A stretch of 64,000 nucleotides of DNA from Minisyncoccia bacterium (GTDB lineage Bacteria; Patescibacteriota; Minisyncoccia; UBA6257; 2-01-FULL-56-20). The stretch is from positions 6,871 to 70,870 of the forward strand of contig JBEKBG010000003.1 in NCBI GenBank assembly GCA_050015515.1, read 5' to 3'. Position numbers and translations under genes: made by a program. The notes below the pieces were generated by a model that worked only from the letters and a program-made list of their open reading frames with translations, had not been told where the DNA came from and did not search any database. How positions within the stretch are numbered: position 1 is the stretch's first letter; the number at the start of each line of letters is the position of its first letter. Below are positions 52,479 to 63,475 of the stretch, piece after piece.

Positions 52479-52604
52479 GGCCCTCTGAGGCATTCCGGTT
52501 TGTCCTGAGGGGAATCGCGGAGGCACGAAGGTGCCGAGCGTTAGGGCGCGTTCAGCAGAACGCGACCCGTCCCCGAAGGGCATGCCGGAATAGCTCAGAG
52601 GGCC
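52479..52604. repeat. 72-bp structured core (copy B, 52506-52577) flanked by 27-bp locus-specific inverted arms
   Basis: Core identical to 23479-23550 (reverse complement); arms match 22/27 and include the dnaB stop. Confidence 0.95.
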
Positions 52605-53959
52605 GGCAGTTCCTCGTATCTTTTCTCTATCGTCTTGAAGCTCGCGCGTTCCGCGTCGAAGAAGAAGTCGAGGTCCTTGAGCGCGCCGTTGCGGTGCTTG
52701 GCGATGCGCAAGTGGACGGTGTTGTCGATGGACGACGCCGTGTCGTTCGGGTTGTGCTCGTCGCGCCAGAGGAACATCACGATGTCCGCATCCTGCTCGA
52801 TCGCGCCCGACTCGCGGAGATCAGAAAGGCGGGGGATTTTGTGGTCACGTTGTTCCACGCCGCGCGAGAGCTGGGAGAGCGCGAGCACCGGCACCTTGAG
52901 CTCACGCGAGAGCGCCTTGAGGCCGCGCGAGATCTCGGTGATCATGTTCACCATATTGTCGCTGTTCGTCCGCGGGCGGATGAGTTGGAGATAGTCCACA
53001 ATGAGCAGATCGAGCCCGTGCTCCACCTGAAGCCGCCGCGCCATGGAGCGCATCTGGAGCACGTTCAGTGATGGCGAGTCGTCGATAAAAAGCTTGATCG
53101 ACGAAAGCCGGTCCAGCGCGCCCTGGATCATGGAGAACTCGCTGTCGTTCGAGATGCGGCCGGTGAGGATGTTCCAGAGCGGTACCTGCGATTCGGCGGC
53201 GATGATGCGGTCCTGCAACGACTCACGCGACATTTCAAGCGAGAACAGGCCGACGGTGAACCCCGCCTTGCCCGCGTTCCGCGCGATGTCGAGCGCGAGC
53301 GACGTCTTGCCGACCGACGGCCGCGCGCCAAGGATGACCAACTCTGATTTTTGGAGTCCCGAAAGTGTCTCGTCGAGTGCGGGGAAGCCGGTGGGTACGC
53401 CACGCAACTTTCCGCCACCGGCGTGAAGTTGCGCGATGCGTTCGTACGCGCTCGTAAGATCGTCCTTGAGCGATACAAAATTCTGCGGCATGGATTTCTG
53501 CGAGATCGAAAGGATCTTCTGCTCGACGTCGTCAAGCAGGTCTTCCACCTCGCCGCCGTTCGAGAACACATCCTCGGAGATCTCCGCCGACGCCTTGATG
53601 AGGTCACGCAAGATCTTCTTCTCCTTTACGATCGTGGCATAGTGAGCCACGTGCGATGCGCTCGACACGTGGTTCGTGAGGTCCGCAAGGTACGCCGACC
53701 CGCCGACCTCTTTTAAGAGCTCGTGCTCTTTGAGAAAATTGGTGAGGCTCAGTACGTCGATCGGCTGGTGCTTTTCATAGAGCGTAAGGACGGCTTGGTA
53801 GATCCGTTCGTGCGTCGGCGTGTAAAAATCTTCCGGCGACAAAATATCCGCCACGCGGAAGATCGCGTTCTTATCAATGAGGACGGAACCCAACACCGCC
53901 TGTTCCGCTTCCAGATTCTGCGGCGGGAGTTTCAGTTGTGATTTTTTGGTGACCGCCAT
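52595..53959 (-). CDS. dnaB: Replicative DNA helicase
   Basis: PPQNLEAEQAVLG, ARPSVGKT, IVDYLQL and LRESGAIEQDAD motifs. Confidence 0.98.
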   Translation of the reverse strand: MAVTKKSQLKLPPQNLEAEQAVLGSVLIDKNAIFRVADILSPEDFYTPTHERIYQAVLTLYEKHQPIDVLSLTNFLKEHELLKEVGGSAYLADLTNHVSSASHVAHYATIVKEKKILRDLIKASAEISEDVFSNGGEVEDLLDDVEQKILSISQKSMPQNFVSLKDDLTSAYERIAQLHAGGGKLRGVPTGFPALDETLSGLQKSELVILGARPSVGKTSLALDIARNAGKAGFTVGLFSLEMSRESLQDRIIAAESQVPLWNILTGRISNDSEFSMIQGALDRLSSIKLFIDDSPSLNVLQMRSMARRLQVEHGLDLLIVDYLQLIRPRTNSDNMVNMITEISRGLKALSRELKVPVLALSQLSRGVEQRDHKIPRLSDLRESGAIEQDADIVMFLWRDEHNPNDTASSIDNTVHLRIAKHRNGALKDLDFFFDAERASFKTIEKRYEELPAL

Positions 53960-53983
53960 CGTTTTTAATGATTATTTAAAAGA

Positions 53984-55411
53984 TTAAAAAAATCTTTTTC
54001 TGATCCGGGAACCGTCCTTGTCATCCCTTATGGAATATCCTAATGCTTCTATCTCTTTTCTCAAAGCGTCGGACTGGATAAACTGTTTATTGCCGCGCAA
54101 ATCGGCATATATTCGGGCCATTTCCGCGATTTTGGGATCGTTTCCGGCCGCGCTCGCGTTGGCAATGGCGTTCTCCAACCCGAGTCCTAAGATTTTATCA
54201 CTCTGCTTGACGAGTGCAAGTTTCTCTTTCGGATTGCAGCTATCAGAGAGCATTTCGTGGAGTATGGCAAGTGCCCGGGGCGTGTTCAGGTCATCGTCCA
54301 TCGCCGCGCGAAAATCGGCGAGATACTGTTTGGGCGATTTTTTTGGCGCTTTCCCGTTCGCCGCCGGCGCGCTTTCTTCGTAGAGATCGTTCGCCGCTTC
54401 GTAGAGCCGTTCAATGCCACTTCTCGCCGCATCCAAACTTTCCCAGGTAAAGTTCAGCCGCGTGCGATAGTGCGCGCCGAGCACGAGATAGCGATAGACG
54501 AGGGGATGATAGCCTTTTGTTTCCAGCTCCGTGAGCGTAAGGAAGTTACCTTCCGACTTTGCCATCTTGCCGCCGTCAAGCAGAAGATGCTCGCCGTGCA
54601 TCCACACGTGCGCGAGCGGAACATCGTACGCCGCCTCTGATTGCGCGATCTCGTTCGTGTGGTGCGTGCCCACAAGGTCGATGCCGCCCGCATGGATGTC
54701 GAACGGCTGTCCAAGAAAGTGCCGCGCGATCGCGGAGCACTCGATATGCCATCCGGGAAATCCTTCACCCCATGGTGACGGCCAATGCAGGAGATGTTTT
54801 TTGAATTTTCCTTCCAACTTGAACCAGAGCGCGAAGTCGGCGGGGTTGCGCTTATCGTCGTCAACGATCACTTCTTCGCGCGCGCCGGTCATTTTTTCCG
54901 CGAGCGATTGTCCGGAGAGCGCGCCGTACGAGGGAAATGTACTCACGTCGAAATAAACGGCGGCGGCCGTATCGTACGCAAACCCTTTTTCGAGCAATAT
55001 CTGAACCAGCGCGATCTGCTCGCGCACGTATGCGCTCGCGGGCGCGATAATGTCCGGCTTTATGATATTCAGCTTCGCAAGGTCTTCAAAGAACGCATCG
55101 GTATAGAACTGTGCGATCTCCTCCACGGATTTTTTTTGCGCCGTGGCGGCGGTCTCGATCTTGTCGTCACCCGCGTCGGTGTCTCCGGTAAGGTGGCCGA
55201 CGTCAGTGATGTTCATCACGCGACGCACGGCGTAGCCATCAAAACGCAGGGTCCGCTCGAGGATGTCTTCAAAAATATAGGTGCGGAGATTGCCGATATG
55301 CGCAAAGTTATACACGGTCGGCCCGCAGGTATAGAGACCGACCCAGTCCGGATGAATGGGCTTGAGCGGTTCCTTCTTGCGTGAAAGCGTATTATAGAGC
55401 GTTAGAACCAT
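53984..55411 (-). CDS. cysS: Cysteine--tRNA ligase
   Basis: CGPTVY, HIGN, PGWHIECS and KMAKS motifs. Confidence 0.97.
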   Translation of the reverse strand: MVLTLYNTLSRKKEPLKPIHPDWVGLYTCGPTVYNFAHIGNLRTYIFEDILERTLRFDGYAVRRVMNITDVGHLTGDTDAGDDKIETAATAQKKSVEEIAQFYTDAFFEDLAKLNIIKPDIIAPASAYVREQIALVQILLEKGFAYDTAAAVYFDVSTFPSYGALSGQSLAEKMTGAREEVIVDDDKRNPADFALWFKLEGKFKKHLLHWPSPWGEGFPGWHIECSAIARHFLGQPFDIHAGGIDLVGTHHTNEIAQSEAAYDVPLAHVWMHGEHLLLDGGKMAKSEGNFLTLTELETKGYHPLVYRYLVLGAHYRTRLNFTWESLDAARSGIERLYEAANDLYEESAPAANGKAPKKSPKQYLADFRAAMDDDLNTPRALAILHEMLSDSCNPKEKLALVKQSDKILGLGLENAIANASAAGNDPKIAEMARIYADLRGNKQFIQSDALRKEIEALGYSIRDDKDGSRIRKRFF

Positions 55412-56283
55412 CCTTTTCGTTTGAAGTAGACGGTCATCACGACCATCCCCACCACCATGATGGCGAGGACTATCCAGAACGCGTAGGGGAGTCCGATGAT
55501 CGGTGTGCCGCGCGTGTTCATGCTAAAGAGCGCCGCGATGAGCAGGAACGGGAAGGTGAGGAACGAAAGTGAGGTGAATGTTTTCATAACACTATTGATC
55601 TTAAGGTTCATCAATTGATTGTTGGTATCCTCAAAATCGGAGATCGCCTCGCGGTAATCCTCGAGCTGGTTCACCACTTTGAGCTGGTCGCCGATGAGGT
55701 CGTTCAGATAGATCTCTGCGTCATCCCCCCAGAATTTTTTTCCTTTTGAGAGGAGCGAGCGCAGGATCGGTTCCTGGAGGCGCACCACAATGCGGTACTC
55801 GGAAACATCGCGCTTGACATAGGTGATGCGCTCCAGCACCTCCTTCTCTTTGTCTTTAAATATCTCCTTGCCGACCGCTTCCACCTTTTCGCGGATGTGG
55901 CGCAGTTGCCGTTCCTGGAAATTGATGAGGTGTTCAATGAGGGCGTACATCACCGCGAGTGAGGAATCGCATTCCGCTACGCCAAATCCGTCCATTACGC
56001 CATCCAGCCCGTCGTAGTGGACGGTCGCCACGCTGTCTTTGGTAATGATGAAGTCGATCTCGGTGCGCGTCGATGCCTCGTCATCGCGATCATACACGGG
56101 GAAGTAATAGATGAAATAAAGATAATCTTTATATGCTTCCACGCGTCCGCGCGCCGAAGGGCCGCGCAGTTCCTCCACGATGATGGGGTGGAGTTTATAT
56201 TCCTTTCCGAGCCACACCAGATCTTTGTCCGTCGGCTTCTCCACGTCGACCCACTGGACCCCTTTTCCTTTCTTTGTTTCCAT
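55402..56283 (-). CDS. corA: CorA family Mg2+/Co2+ transporter
   Basis: WVDVEKP, LHP..VE, MK.FT and (G/S)MN motif with two C-terminal TMs. Confidence 0.88.
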   Translation of the reverse strand: METKKGKGVQWVDVEKPTDKDLVWLGKEYKLHPIIVEELRGPSARGRVEAYKDYLYFIYYFPVYDRDDEASTRTEIDFIITKDSVATVHYDGLDGVMDGFGVAECDSSLAVMYALIEHLINFQERQLRHIREKVEAVGKEIFKDKEKEVLERITYVKRDVSEYRIVVRLQEPILRSLLSKGKKFWGDDAEIYLNDLIGDQLKVVNQLEDYREAISDFEDTNNQLMNLKINSVMKTFTSLSFLTFPFLLIAALFSMNTRGTPIIGLPYAFWIVLAIMVVGMVVMTVYFKRKGWF

Positions 56284-56394
56284 AATGATATTTTAACATA
56301 CTGCCGATCGATTTGGAGACACTATTCAATTTTCACCCAGCGGTCGAACAACGCAACAACGTTCGATCGCATTTTTTTGTTAAAAAAGCATGAA

Positions 56395-56421
56395 CTGGCA
56401 CTCTCTTGACTAGATTGCTAA
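56395..56421 (+). promoter_or_regulatory. CIRCE operator overlapping the hrcA promoter
   Basis: CTGGCACTC-N9-GATTGCTAA versus consensus TTAGCACTC-N9-GAGTGCTAA; TTGACT inside it and TAAAAT at 56428. Confidence 0.85.
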
Positions 56422-56441
56422 TTCGGCTAAAATAAGAGTGT

Positions 56442-57128
56442 ATGACCGATCGAACAGCACAAATTTTGGAAGCGGCGATTCAAGAGTTCATCAACACCGG
56501 CGACCCGGTGAGTTCGGGGTTGCTCTACGATCGATACGACTTTGGAATAAAACCGGCGATGATACGGCTTGAATTAGACGAGCTTGAGGACGCTGGGTAT
56601 CTCGAACAGCCGCATCATTCGGCGGGTCGCGTGCCGACGAACAGTGGGTATGAATTTTTTGCAAAACGGATGCTGGGCATCGCGAACGTGCCGAGCGAAC
56701 GCTCCGTCGGCGCCGCGAAACAAAATGATCTTCATCTACTCCTTAAAGAGCAGGCGTGGCCGGATCTTTTGAACGAGCTCTCGGCGCAGCTCGGGTTGCT
56801 CTCCGTCGCCGCCGACCTCGCGCGCGAGTCGGTCTACAAAGCGGGGCTCCAGCATCTCATCGATCATCTTGACTGGCAGGACCAGAGCGGCATCCGTTCG
56901 GTCATCCGCGATTTCGAGGAAGTGGACGAGCGAGCGCCGCGCGCGGCAGAGCATATGGGCATCGGCCCGCAGATCTTCATCGGCAAGAAAAGTCCGCTGA
57001 CGACGAGCGATAATCTTTCTGTCGTGGGTGGGAACTATCAGATCGGCGGTGCGACCATCTCCATCTTTGCCATCGGCCCCAAACGGATGGATTACAAAAA
57101 GGTCATACGAACATTCAAAAATCTTTAA
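56442..57128 (+). CDS. hrcA: Heat-inducible transcription repressor HrcA (shortened)
   Basis: PVSS, GYLEQPHHSAGRVPT and IGPKRMDY motifs. Confidence 0.9.
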   Translation: MTDRTAQILEAAIQEFINTGDPVSSGLLYDRYDFGIKPAMIRLELDELEDAGYLEQPHHSAGRVPTNSGYEFFAKRMLGIANVPSERSVGAAKQNDLHLLLKEQAWPDLLNELSAQLGLLSVAADLARESVYKAGLQHLIDHLDWQDQSGIRSVIRDFEEVDERAPRAAEHMGIGPQIFIGKKSPLTTSDNLSVVGGNYQIGGATISIFAIGPKRMDYKKVIRTFKNL

Positions 57129-57145
57129 TCAACTTTCATAAACCA

Positions 57146-57640
57146 ATGGCAGACGAGGAAAACAAATTACCTGAACCGACGGTCGCCGACCTCAAGGATC
57201 AGATAGAAGAGATGACGACCCAGCGTGACGAGTATTTTGCCGGGTGGCAGCGCGCGAAGGCGGACTTCATCAATTATAAAAAAGAAGAAATGGGGCATTT
57301 GGAAGAGGTCGCGCGGTACGGCAGTGAGGATTTGATAAAAGACCTTATCTCCGTGATGGATAATTTCGACCTTGCGCTGCGCACGATCGAAAAGGCCGGC
57401 CCGGTGGAAAAAGGCATTTATTTTATCCGGACGCAGATAGAGGATATTTTAAAGAAGCGGGGGTTGGAGAAGATCGACATCAAGGAAGGCGACGAATTCG
57501 ATCCCGCGATCGCGGAAGCGCTTGCGGAAGTCGCGTCGGATAAATCGCACGGCATGGTTGTGGAGGTGATCGAACAAGGGTATCGTCTGCACGAAAAGGT
57601 CTTGCGCCCAGCACGGGTAATAATAAGCAAAGGAACATGA
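57146..57640 (+). CDS. grpE: Nucleotide exchange factor GrpE
   Basis: RAKADFINYKK, FDP and GY.L..KVLRPARV motifs. Confidence 0.95.
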   Translation: MADEENKLPEPTVADLKDQIEEMTTQRDEYFAGWQRAKADFINYKKEEMGHLEEVARYGSEDLIKDLISVMDNFDLALRTIEKAGPVEKGIYFIRTQIEDILKKRGLEKIDIKEGDEFDPAIAEALAEVASDKSHGMVVEVIEQGYRLHEKVLRPARVIISKGT

Positions 57641-57807
57641 GACATAAACAGACGGTAGAGGAATTGCATCATTTTCAGTGCGGGAAGTGTAAGAAGTGGT
57701 GGGCTATCGGTGATACGCCGCGAGCTAAAAGAAATTGGTTCTGTCCGTGGTGTGGGAGTGTGGAAGGAGAGATAAAAAAGTCATTAAATAATAAATCTAT
57801 AAAATAA
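57637..57807 (+). CDS. Small zinc-ribbon protein (56 aa, not in the ORF track)
   Basis: [41 protein letters not shown]...; ATGA overlap with the grpE stop. Confidence 0.7.
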   Translation: MRHKQTVEELHHFQCGKCKKWWAIGDTPRAKRNWFCPWCGSVEGEIKKSLNNKSIK

Positions 57808-57812
57808 ATAAC

Positions 57813-59750
57813 ATGCCAAAGATCATAGGAATCGATTTGGGGACAACGAACTCGGCCGTCTCCGTCATGAAGAACGGCGAGTTGCAGATTTTGGAGAATG
57901 CCGAGGGCAATCGCACGACGCCGTCCATCGTTGCGCTTTCAAAGAGCGGGGAGCGGCTCGTGGGCCTGCTCGCCAAGCGGCAGTCGGTGACGAATCCGAC
58001 GAACACGATATTCTCGGTGAAGCGTCTGATCGGGCGCAAATTCACGGATCCGGAGGTCCAGCGCGACAAGACGTGGCTTCCGTATGAGATCCGCGCTGGC
58101 GCGACCGGCGGCGTTGAGGTGAAGATGGGCGATAAGTGGTATTCGCCGGAGGAGATCTCCGCGTTCATCTTGAGCAAACTGAAAGCCGATGCCGAGGCGA
58201 AGCTCGGCGAGAAGATCGACGAGGCGGTCATCACGGTGCCCGCGTACTTTGATGATTCGCAAAGACAGGCGACGAAAAACGCCGGCGAGATCGCAGGCTT
58301 GAAAGTTGACCGCATTCTGAACGAGCCGACCGCGGCCGCGTTCGCGTATGGCGTCAATAAAGAAAAGAACCAGAAGATCGTCGTCTACGATTTCGGCGGC
58401 GGAACATTCGATGTGTCCGTTTTGGAAATGGGCTACGATGCCGACACAAAAGAGCAGACGGTGGAGGTTCGCGCGACGGGCGGCGATACGCATCTTGGTG
58501 GCGACGACTTTGATAAGAAGATCCAGGAATATCTGGTTGCCGAATACAAGAAACAGGAAGGCATCGATATCTCGAAGGATCCGCTCGCGGTCCAGCGGTT
58601 GAAGGAAGCCGCCGAGCGCGCCAAGCACGAGCTTTCGACCGCGGTGGAGACGGAGATCAACATTCCATACATCTCGTCCGACGCGAACGGGCCGAAGCAC
58701 TTTCAGATCAAGTTGACGCGCGCGAAGCTCGAGTCGCTCGTGCAGGAATATATCGATCGTTCGATTCAGCTGACGAAAGAGACGGTGACGTCGCCCGCGC
58801 CGAAAGGCGCCGGATACCAGCTAAGTGAGATCGCGGAAGTGATCCTTGTCGGCGGGCAGACGCGCATGCCGGCAATGCAGGAAGCGGTCAAGAATCTTTT
58901 CGGCAAGGAACCGCATCAGGGAATTAATCCGGATGAGGTGGTGGCGCTCGGCGCGGGCATCCAGGCTGAAATTTTGGCGGCGAAAGCGGAAGGTCGCAAG
59001 ACGGAAGGCGAGGTAAAAGATATTTTATTGCTTGATGTGACGCCGCTCTCGCTCAGCATCGAAACGTATGGTGGCGTGGCGACGCCGATGATCCCAAAGA
59101 ACACGACGGTGCCGACCGCGAAGTCGCAGATTTTTTCGACGGCGGCGGACAATCAGACATCTGTGGAAGTACACGTGCTCCAGGGCGAGCGCCCGATGGC
59201 CGGCGACAACAAGACGCTCGCGAAGTTCATCCTTGACGGCATTCCGCCGTCACCGCGCGGAGTCCCGCAGGTGGAGGTCACCTTCGACATCGACGCAAAC
59301 GGCATTTTGAACGTCTCGGCTAAGGATAAAGCGAGTGGCAAAGTGCAATCGGTCAAAGTGGAAGCGTCGAGCAACCTTTCAAAAGAAGAGATCGAGAAGT
59401 TAAAGAAAGAAGCGGCAGAACATGCGGTGGAAGATGAAAAGAAAAAGGTGCTCATCGAGATGCGCAATCAAGCGGAGTCGCTCATCTATCTTGCCGAAAA
59501 ATCGATAAAGGATGCGGGTGATACATTGCCGGCGGAGGTGAAGGCCGGCGTGGAAGAAAAATTGACGGCACTGAAGAGCGTGAAAGATGCCGAGGATGTT
59601 GCGGCCATTAAAGCTGCGACCGAGGCACTTTCGACGGAGATACAAAAGATCGGGCAAGCGGCGTATAATAAACCCAATGAACCTCAGGGAGATCATGACG
59701 GGCAGCAGCCCGATGGACCTGCAGAACCAAAACCTGATCAATCCGTCTAA
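57813..59750 (+). CDS. dnaK: Chaperone DnaK
   Basis: [28 protein letters not shown] and NPDEVVA motifs. Confidence 0.98.
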   Translation: MPKIIGIDLGTTNSAVSVMKNGELQILENAEGNRTTPSIVALSKSGERLVGLLAKRQSVTNPTNTIFSVKRLIGRKFTDPEVQRDKTWLPYEIRAGATGGVEVKMGDKWYSPEEISAFILSKLKADAEAKLGEKIDEAVITVPAYFDDSQRQATKNAGEIAGLKVDRILNEPTAAAFAYGVNKEKNQKIVVYDFGGGTFDVSVLEMGYDADTKEQTVEVRATGGDTHLGGDDFDKKIQEYLVAEYKKQEGIDISKDPLAVQRLKEAAERAKHELSTAVETEINIPYISSDANGPKHFQIKLTRAKLESLVQEYIDRSIQLTKETVTSPAPKGAGYQLSEIAEVILVGGQTRMPAMQEAVKNLFGKEPHQGINPDEVVALGAGIQAEILAAKAEGRKTEGEVKDILLLDVTPLSLSIETYGGVATPMIPKNTTVPTAKSQIFSTAADNQTSVEVHVLQGERPMAGDNKTLAKFILDGIPPSPRGVPQVEVTFDIDANGILNVSAKDKASGKVQSVKVEASSNLSKEEIEKLKKEAAEHAVEDEKKKVLIEMRNQAESLIYLAEKSIKDAGDTLPAEVKAGVEEKLTALKSVKDAEDVAAIKAATEALSTEIQKIGQAAYNKPNEPQGDHDGQQPDGPAEPKPDQSV

Positions 59751-60702
59751 GATCAGCACCACTCAGCGCCCATCGGGCAGGTGGCGGTCGCTTTGTCTTG
59801 ATGTGGTGGCGGTGTTTTCCGCCGCACTGTTTGGTTATTGCTACTATCGCTATCTCACGCAGGGATGGTCGGTGTGGTTCTTATTTGCGGCGCTCACGTT
59901 CTTTGGGGTGGTATCCGTCATGGAGGTATTTTTGTCCAAGAACGGATGGCGGAGTATGCTCGTTATTTTTCTTGAAACGGCAGCGATGCTCGGATTTTTT
60001 TGGCGGGACAATGTGACGGTGCTTGGTATCATCGCCGCCATTATGGTGGTGATGCTCGTGTGGGGACATATGAGCGCCCGCACGCTTGTGCGGAACGGGA
60101 TCGAGATCCCATTCTTCGGCGCGAGCGGGGATATGTTGGGAAAATTCACGACCGGGGTCTTACTTTTCATGATCCTCGCGTACGTTCCACAGATCGCCGG
60201 CAATGCGCTTGTCGTTTCGGCTCAGAGCTTCCGGACGTTCTTTGACTGGACCTCGGGTCTCGTAAACAGTTTCTATCCGGAGCTGTCACTCAACGGCTCG
60301 TTCGGCGATTTCGCGCAAAGTGTTTCCAAGATGGAGCTTGCGAACAATCCCAGCTTCCAAAGCCTGAATGCCGCCCAGCAGAATATCGCACTCCAGCAGG
60401 CGACCACCCAGTTCACGCAGAACTTTTTGCAAAACGCCTCCGGCACGGTTGCCACGTCGTCACCCGCGAGCGACGCGTTCTATAATGTGCTGAACGGCGT
60501 GCTGAACGCATGGCAGAGCCAGTCGTCGGGATGGTTCGATATCGGCTGGGTGACAGTGCTCTTCATCGGCCTGCGCACGCTCGGCATTCTCTTCGTATGG
60601 TTCGCGCAGTTCATATGCCTCGTTTTTTACGAATTGTTGCTCGCATCGGGATTCATGAAGATCTCCGAGGAGCCACACTCGCGGGAGGTCATCGGATATT
60701 AA
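59713..60702 (+). CDS. Polytopic membrane protein of unknown function
   Basis: Multiple TMs; lies between dnaK and dnaJ; start uncertain. Confidence 0.7.
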   Translation: MDLQNQNLINPSKISTTQRPSGRWRSLCLDVVAVFSAALFGYCYYRYLTQGWSVWFLFAALTFFGVVSVMEVFLSKNGWRSMLVIFLETAAMLGFFWRDNVTVLGIIAAIMVVMLVWGHMSARTLVRNGIEIPFFGASGDMLGKFTTGVLLFMILAYVPQIAGNALVVSAQSFRTFFDWTSGLVNSFYPELSLNGSFGDFAQSVSKMELANNPSFQSLNAAQQNIALQQATTQFTQNFLQNASGTVATSSPASDAFYNVLNGVLNAWQSQSSGWFDIGWVTVLFIGLRTLGILFVWFAQFICLVFYELLLASGFMKISEEPHSREVIGY

Positions 60703-60730
60703 TAGGCACGCAATAATGTATTAAATTTTT

Positions 60731-61840
60731 ATGAAAGATTATTATTCAATTTTAGGAGTGCAAAAAACCGCCTCGGAAGAGGAGGTCAAAAAGGCGTATC
60801 GCAAGCTTGCGCACCAGCATCATCCCGATAAGGCCGGCGGCAACGAAGCGAAGTTCAAGGAGATCAACGAGGCGTATCAGATATTGTCGGACAAGAGCAA
60901 GCGCGCGCAGTACGATCGTTTTGGCACGGCGGATCCGATGGGTGGGTTTGGCGGTGGCGGCGCGCCGGGCGCGGGCGGCGCGCAATGGAGTGGTGGATTT
61001 CCGGGCGGCGGCTTCGGCGGTTTTGATCCGTCGCAATTCGGCGACCTCGGCGACATTTTTGAAACATTCTTTGGCGGAGGGATGGGTGGCGCGTCGCGGC
61101 GCAAGACGTATGAATCGGGATCCGATCTGGAGATGCATGAACAGATCACGTTGGAAGAAGCTTTTTCCGGAACGGTAAAAACGGTGCGGTTGAAGACGTT
61201 CGTCCAATGCGTGAAGTGCAGTGGAAAAGGCGCGGAGCCGGGCAGCGGTTTTGAAAAATGTTCCACGTGCGACGGGCAGGGTCAGGTGCGCGAACAGCGC
61301 CGGACGATGTTCGGCAATTTTTCGCAGGTCAAGGCGTGCGCAAAATGTCATGGCACGGGCGAAGTGCCAAAGAAGCCGTGTGGCGTGTGCCGCGGCGCGG
61401 GGCGCATGATGGCGGATCGCGAGATCAAGATCGACATCGTGGCGGGCATTGATGACAACCAACTTATCAAAGTGAAGGGGATGGGCGAGGCGGGTGAGCG
61501 TGGCACGACCGCGGGCGATCTCTACGTGCGCGTGCGCGTGCGGCCGAGTGCGGTGTTCACGCGGCACGGCGCCGATCTCGTCGTCACGAAAGAGCTCAAG
61601 CTCGTTGACGTGCTCCTTGGCAAAGCGATCGCGGTGCCGGTGGTTTCCGGCGGCACGATCACGGTGGAGATCCCCGCCGGGTTCAATCTTAAGGAACATT
61701 TAAGGATCACTGGCCAAGGTATGCCGCATATCGGTTCGCGCGCGCGCGGCGATCTTTTGGTGAATTTTATTATCAAAGCGCCGAAAAAGCCGGGGGCGAC
61801 GGCAAAAGAACTTCTTGAAAAATTAGAGAAAGAGCAGTAG
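60731..61840 (+). CDS. dnaJ: Chaperone DnaJ
   Basis: HPD J-domain, G/F region and four CxxCxGxG repeats. Confidence 0.97.
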   Translation: MKDYYSILGVQKTASEEEVKKAYRKLAHQHHPDKAGGNEAKFKEINEAYQILSDKSKRAQYDRFGTADPMGGFGGGGAPGAGGAQWSGGFPGGGFGGFDPSQFGDLGDIFETFFGGGMGGASRRKTYESGSDLEMHEQITLEEAFSGTVKTVRLKTFVQCVKCSGKGAEPGSGFEKCSTCDGQGQVREQRRTMFGNFSQVKACAKCHGTGEVPKKPCGVCRGAGRMMADREIKIDIVAGIDDNQLIKVKGMGEAGERGTTAGDLYVRVRVRPSAVFTRHGADLVVTKELKLVDVLLGKAIAVPVVSGGTITVEIPAGFNLKEHLRITGQGMPHIGSRARGDLLVNFIIKAPKKPGATAKELLEKLEKEQ

Positions 61841-61847
61841 CATTTTT

Positions 61848-62258
61848 ATGGAGCGTGGCATTGTCATTTCCGCCGATAAAAATTTCGTAAAGGCCGCCGA
61901 GGCGGCGGCGCTGTACATCGAGCTCGGTTGGGGGACCGCGAAAGAATATTCCACCGCGCGGATGCGGCGCTCGCTCGCGCATTGCGACATCGTCGTCTCC
62001 GCGCGGAATAGCGCGGGTGAGCTCGTTGGCATCGGGCGTGCGTTGAGTGACTTTGCGATCGATACAAAGATCCTCGATCTTATCATCGCGCCGGAATATC
62101 AGCGCCAGGGTTTGGGCCGGGCGATGATGAAAAAGATCGCGGCCGCCGCGCGGGGCACATCCATCTATTTTGAGACCGAGCGGAAGAATTTCGCTTTTGC
62201 CGCAAAATGCGGATATACAAAGCGCAACGGGTTGACGGTGTTCAGGAAGAAGGCATAG
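61848..62258 (+). CDS. GNAT family N-acetyltransferase
   Basis: LVGIGRALSD and IAPEYQRQGLG motif A. Confidence 0.88.
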   Translation: MERGIVISADKNFVKAAEAAALYIELGWGTAKEYSTARMRRSLAHCDIVVSARNSAGELVGIGRALSDFAIDTKILDLIIAPEYQRQGLGRAMMKKIAAAARGTSIYFETERKNFAFAAKCGYTKRNGLTVFRKKA

Positions 62259-62311
62259 AATACGTGCGGGGCGGTATAGTTAATCAATTAAGAGTTACGA
62301 AGGAGAAATCT

Positions 62312-62680
62312 ATGCCTCAGAAGACCATCTTTATCGGACATCCTATCGGCGGCGACATACAGGCCAACGTCAAGAAGGTTCTTAAGATATGCGCGGAGCT
62401 GCATACCAAGGGAATCATCCCCGTTGCTCCCTACCTCGTGTCGCTTCAGTATTTGAACGATGAAGTTGCTGAAGATCGCGAACTTGGGATGGAGGCGAAC
62501 CACGAATGTTTCCGTCGCCATTATATTGATGAACTTTGGCTTTTCGGCGAGCGTATCTCAAGTGGCATGAGGAAGGAGGTTCTTCTCGCAAAAGAGATGG
62601 ACATCCCCGTCATTCCGAAGACCGAGGGGACAAAGCGCGATTTGGAAGAATTAGAAACCGAACTTATCCGCCAGAAGTGA
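62312..62680 (+). CDS. DUF4406/nucleoside 2-deoxyribosyltransferase-like protein
   Basis: IFIGHPIGG, PVAPY and DELWLFGERISSGM..E motifs; AAGGAG SD. Confidence 0.65.
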   Translation: MPQKTIFIGHPIGGDIQANVKKVLKICAELHTKGIIPVAPYLVSLQYLNDEVAEDRELGMEANHECFRRHYIDELWLFGERISSGMRKEVLLAKEMDIPVIPKTEGTKRDLEELETELIRQK

Positions 62681-62751
62681 TTGGCGGATTTTTTATCCCG
62701 CCCTGGCACGGTTGAAATATCGGACCGTTTTCACTATCATTAGCAGGAATT

Positions 62752-62828
62752 GCCCCTATAGCTCAGTCCGGTAGAGCAGCTCCCTTTTAAGGAGATGGTC
62801 CCAGGTTCAAATCCTGGTGGGGGCACCA
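62752..62828 (+). tRNA. tRNA-Lys(TTT)
   Basis: Cloverleaf with anticodon loop CTTTTAA and encoded CCA. Confidence 0.95.
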
Positions 62829-62838
62829 AAGATTGGGA

Positions 62839-63408
62839 TCAAAGTAGGATCTCTTTATCTGCTTTCTGAAAAAGTAGATAGATGAATTTTTTATCCTCTT
62901 CAGAATTAAAAACCTTAAGTCCTAAGCGAAAAGCTTCCTCCAATAACCCATCGCGAACCTTTTTGGCATCCTTTTTTGTTTTTGCTGGACGTTCCGCTTC
63001 GTAAAAGAAATAATTTTTCGGTGCGCGTACTAAAGACCATTCCACACCCTGATAGGTATATACATCGCTTGAACGCTTTATCTGCAACGCTTTATCAATC
63101 CCGACCGCCTTCACGACTTTTTTCGCTGTTTCCAGATTATTATCTTTTAATGCAAGGGAGATCTCCTCCCGCGCTTCATTATTCTTAGAGACCTTCTTTT
63201 TTACCATAATCTCGCAGGTGCCATTGGTGTTTCGTAAACGAATATCAACCGTCCGCTCAAGCGGATCATGGGCATATCCCGGATGGCCGTAAAGAAAAAA
63301 TGCCTCTCGGTCCGTGTGTCCCATGAACTTTCCGCGCTTGGCAAGGAAGCGGCGCAGGTGTTCATATGCCTGCTTGTCGAGCGACCCTCTGATTTCAACC
63401 TCAATCAT
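62839..63408 (-). CDS. CYTH domain (triphosphate tunnel) protein
   Basis: N-terminal EVEIR, IRLR, REEI and FYEAE motifs. Confidence 0.75.
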   Translation of the reverse strand: MIEVEIRGSLDKQAYEHLRRFLAKRGKFMGHTDREAFFLYGHPGYAHDPLERTVDIRLRNTNGTCEIMVKKKVSKNNEAREEISLALKDNNLETAKKVVKAVGIDKALQIKRSSDVYTYQGVEWSLVRAPKNYFFYEAERPAKTKKDAKKVRDGLLEEAFRLGLKVFNSEEDKKFIYLLFQKADKEILL

Positions 63409-63475
63409 TTTTCTTTATTTTATCACATACCGTCTTTATTTGTATTTCCATTGGATTGGTGCGACAATATTTTTT

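Noticed and set aside
56339-56380. Hairpin GCGGTCGAAC/GTTCGATCGC plus T-tract upstream of the hrcA promoter
   Set aside because: Terminator-like, but no clear promoter or gene feeds it; insufficient support for an sRNA
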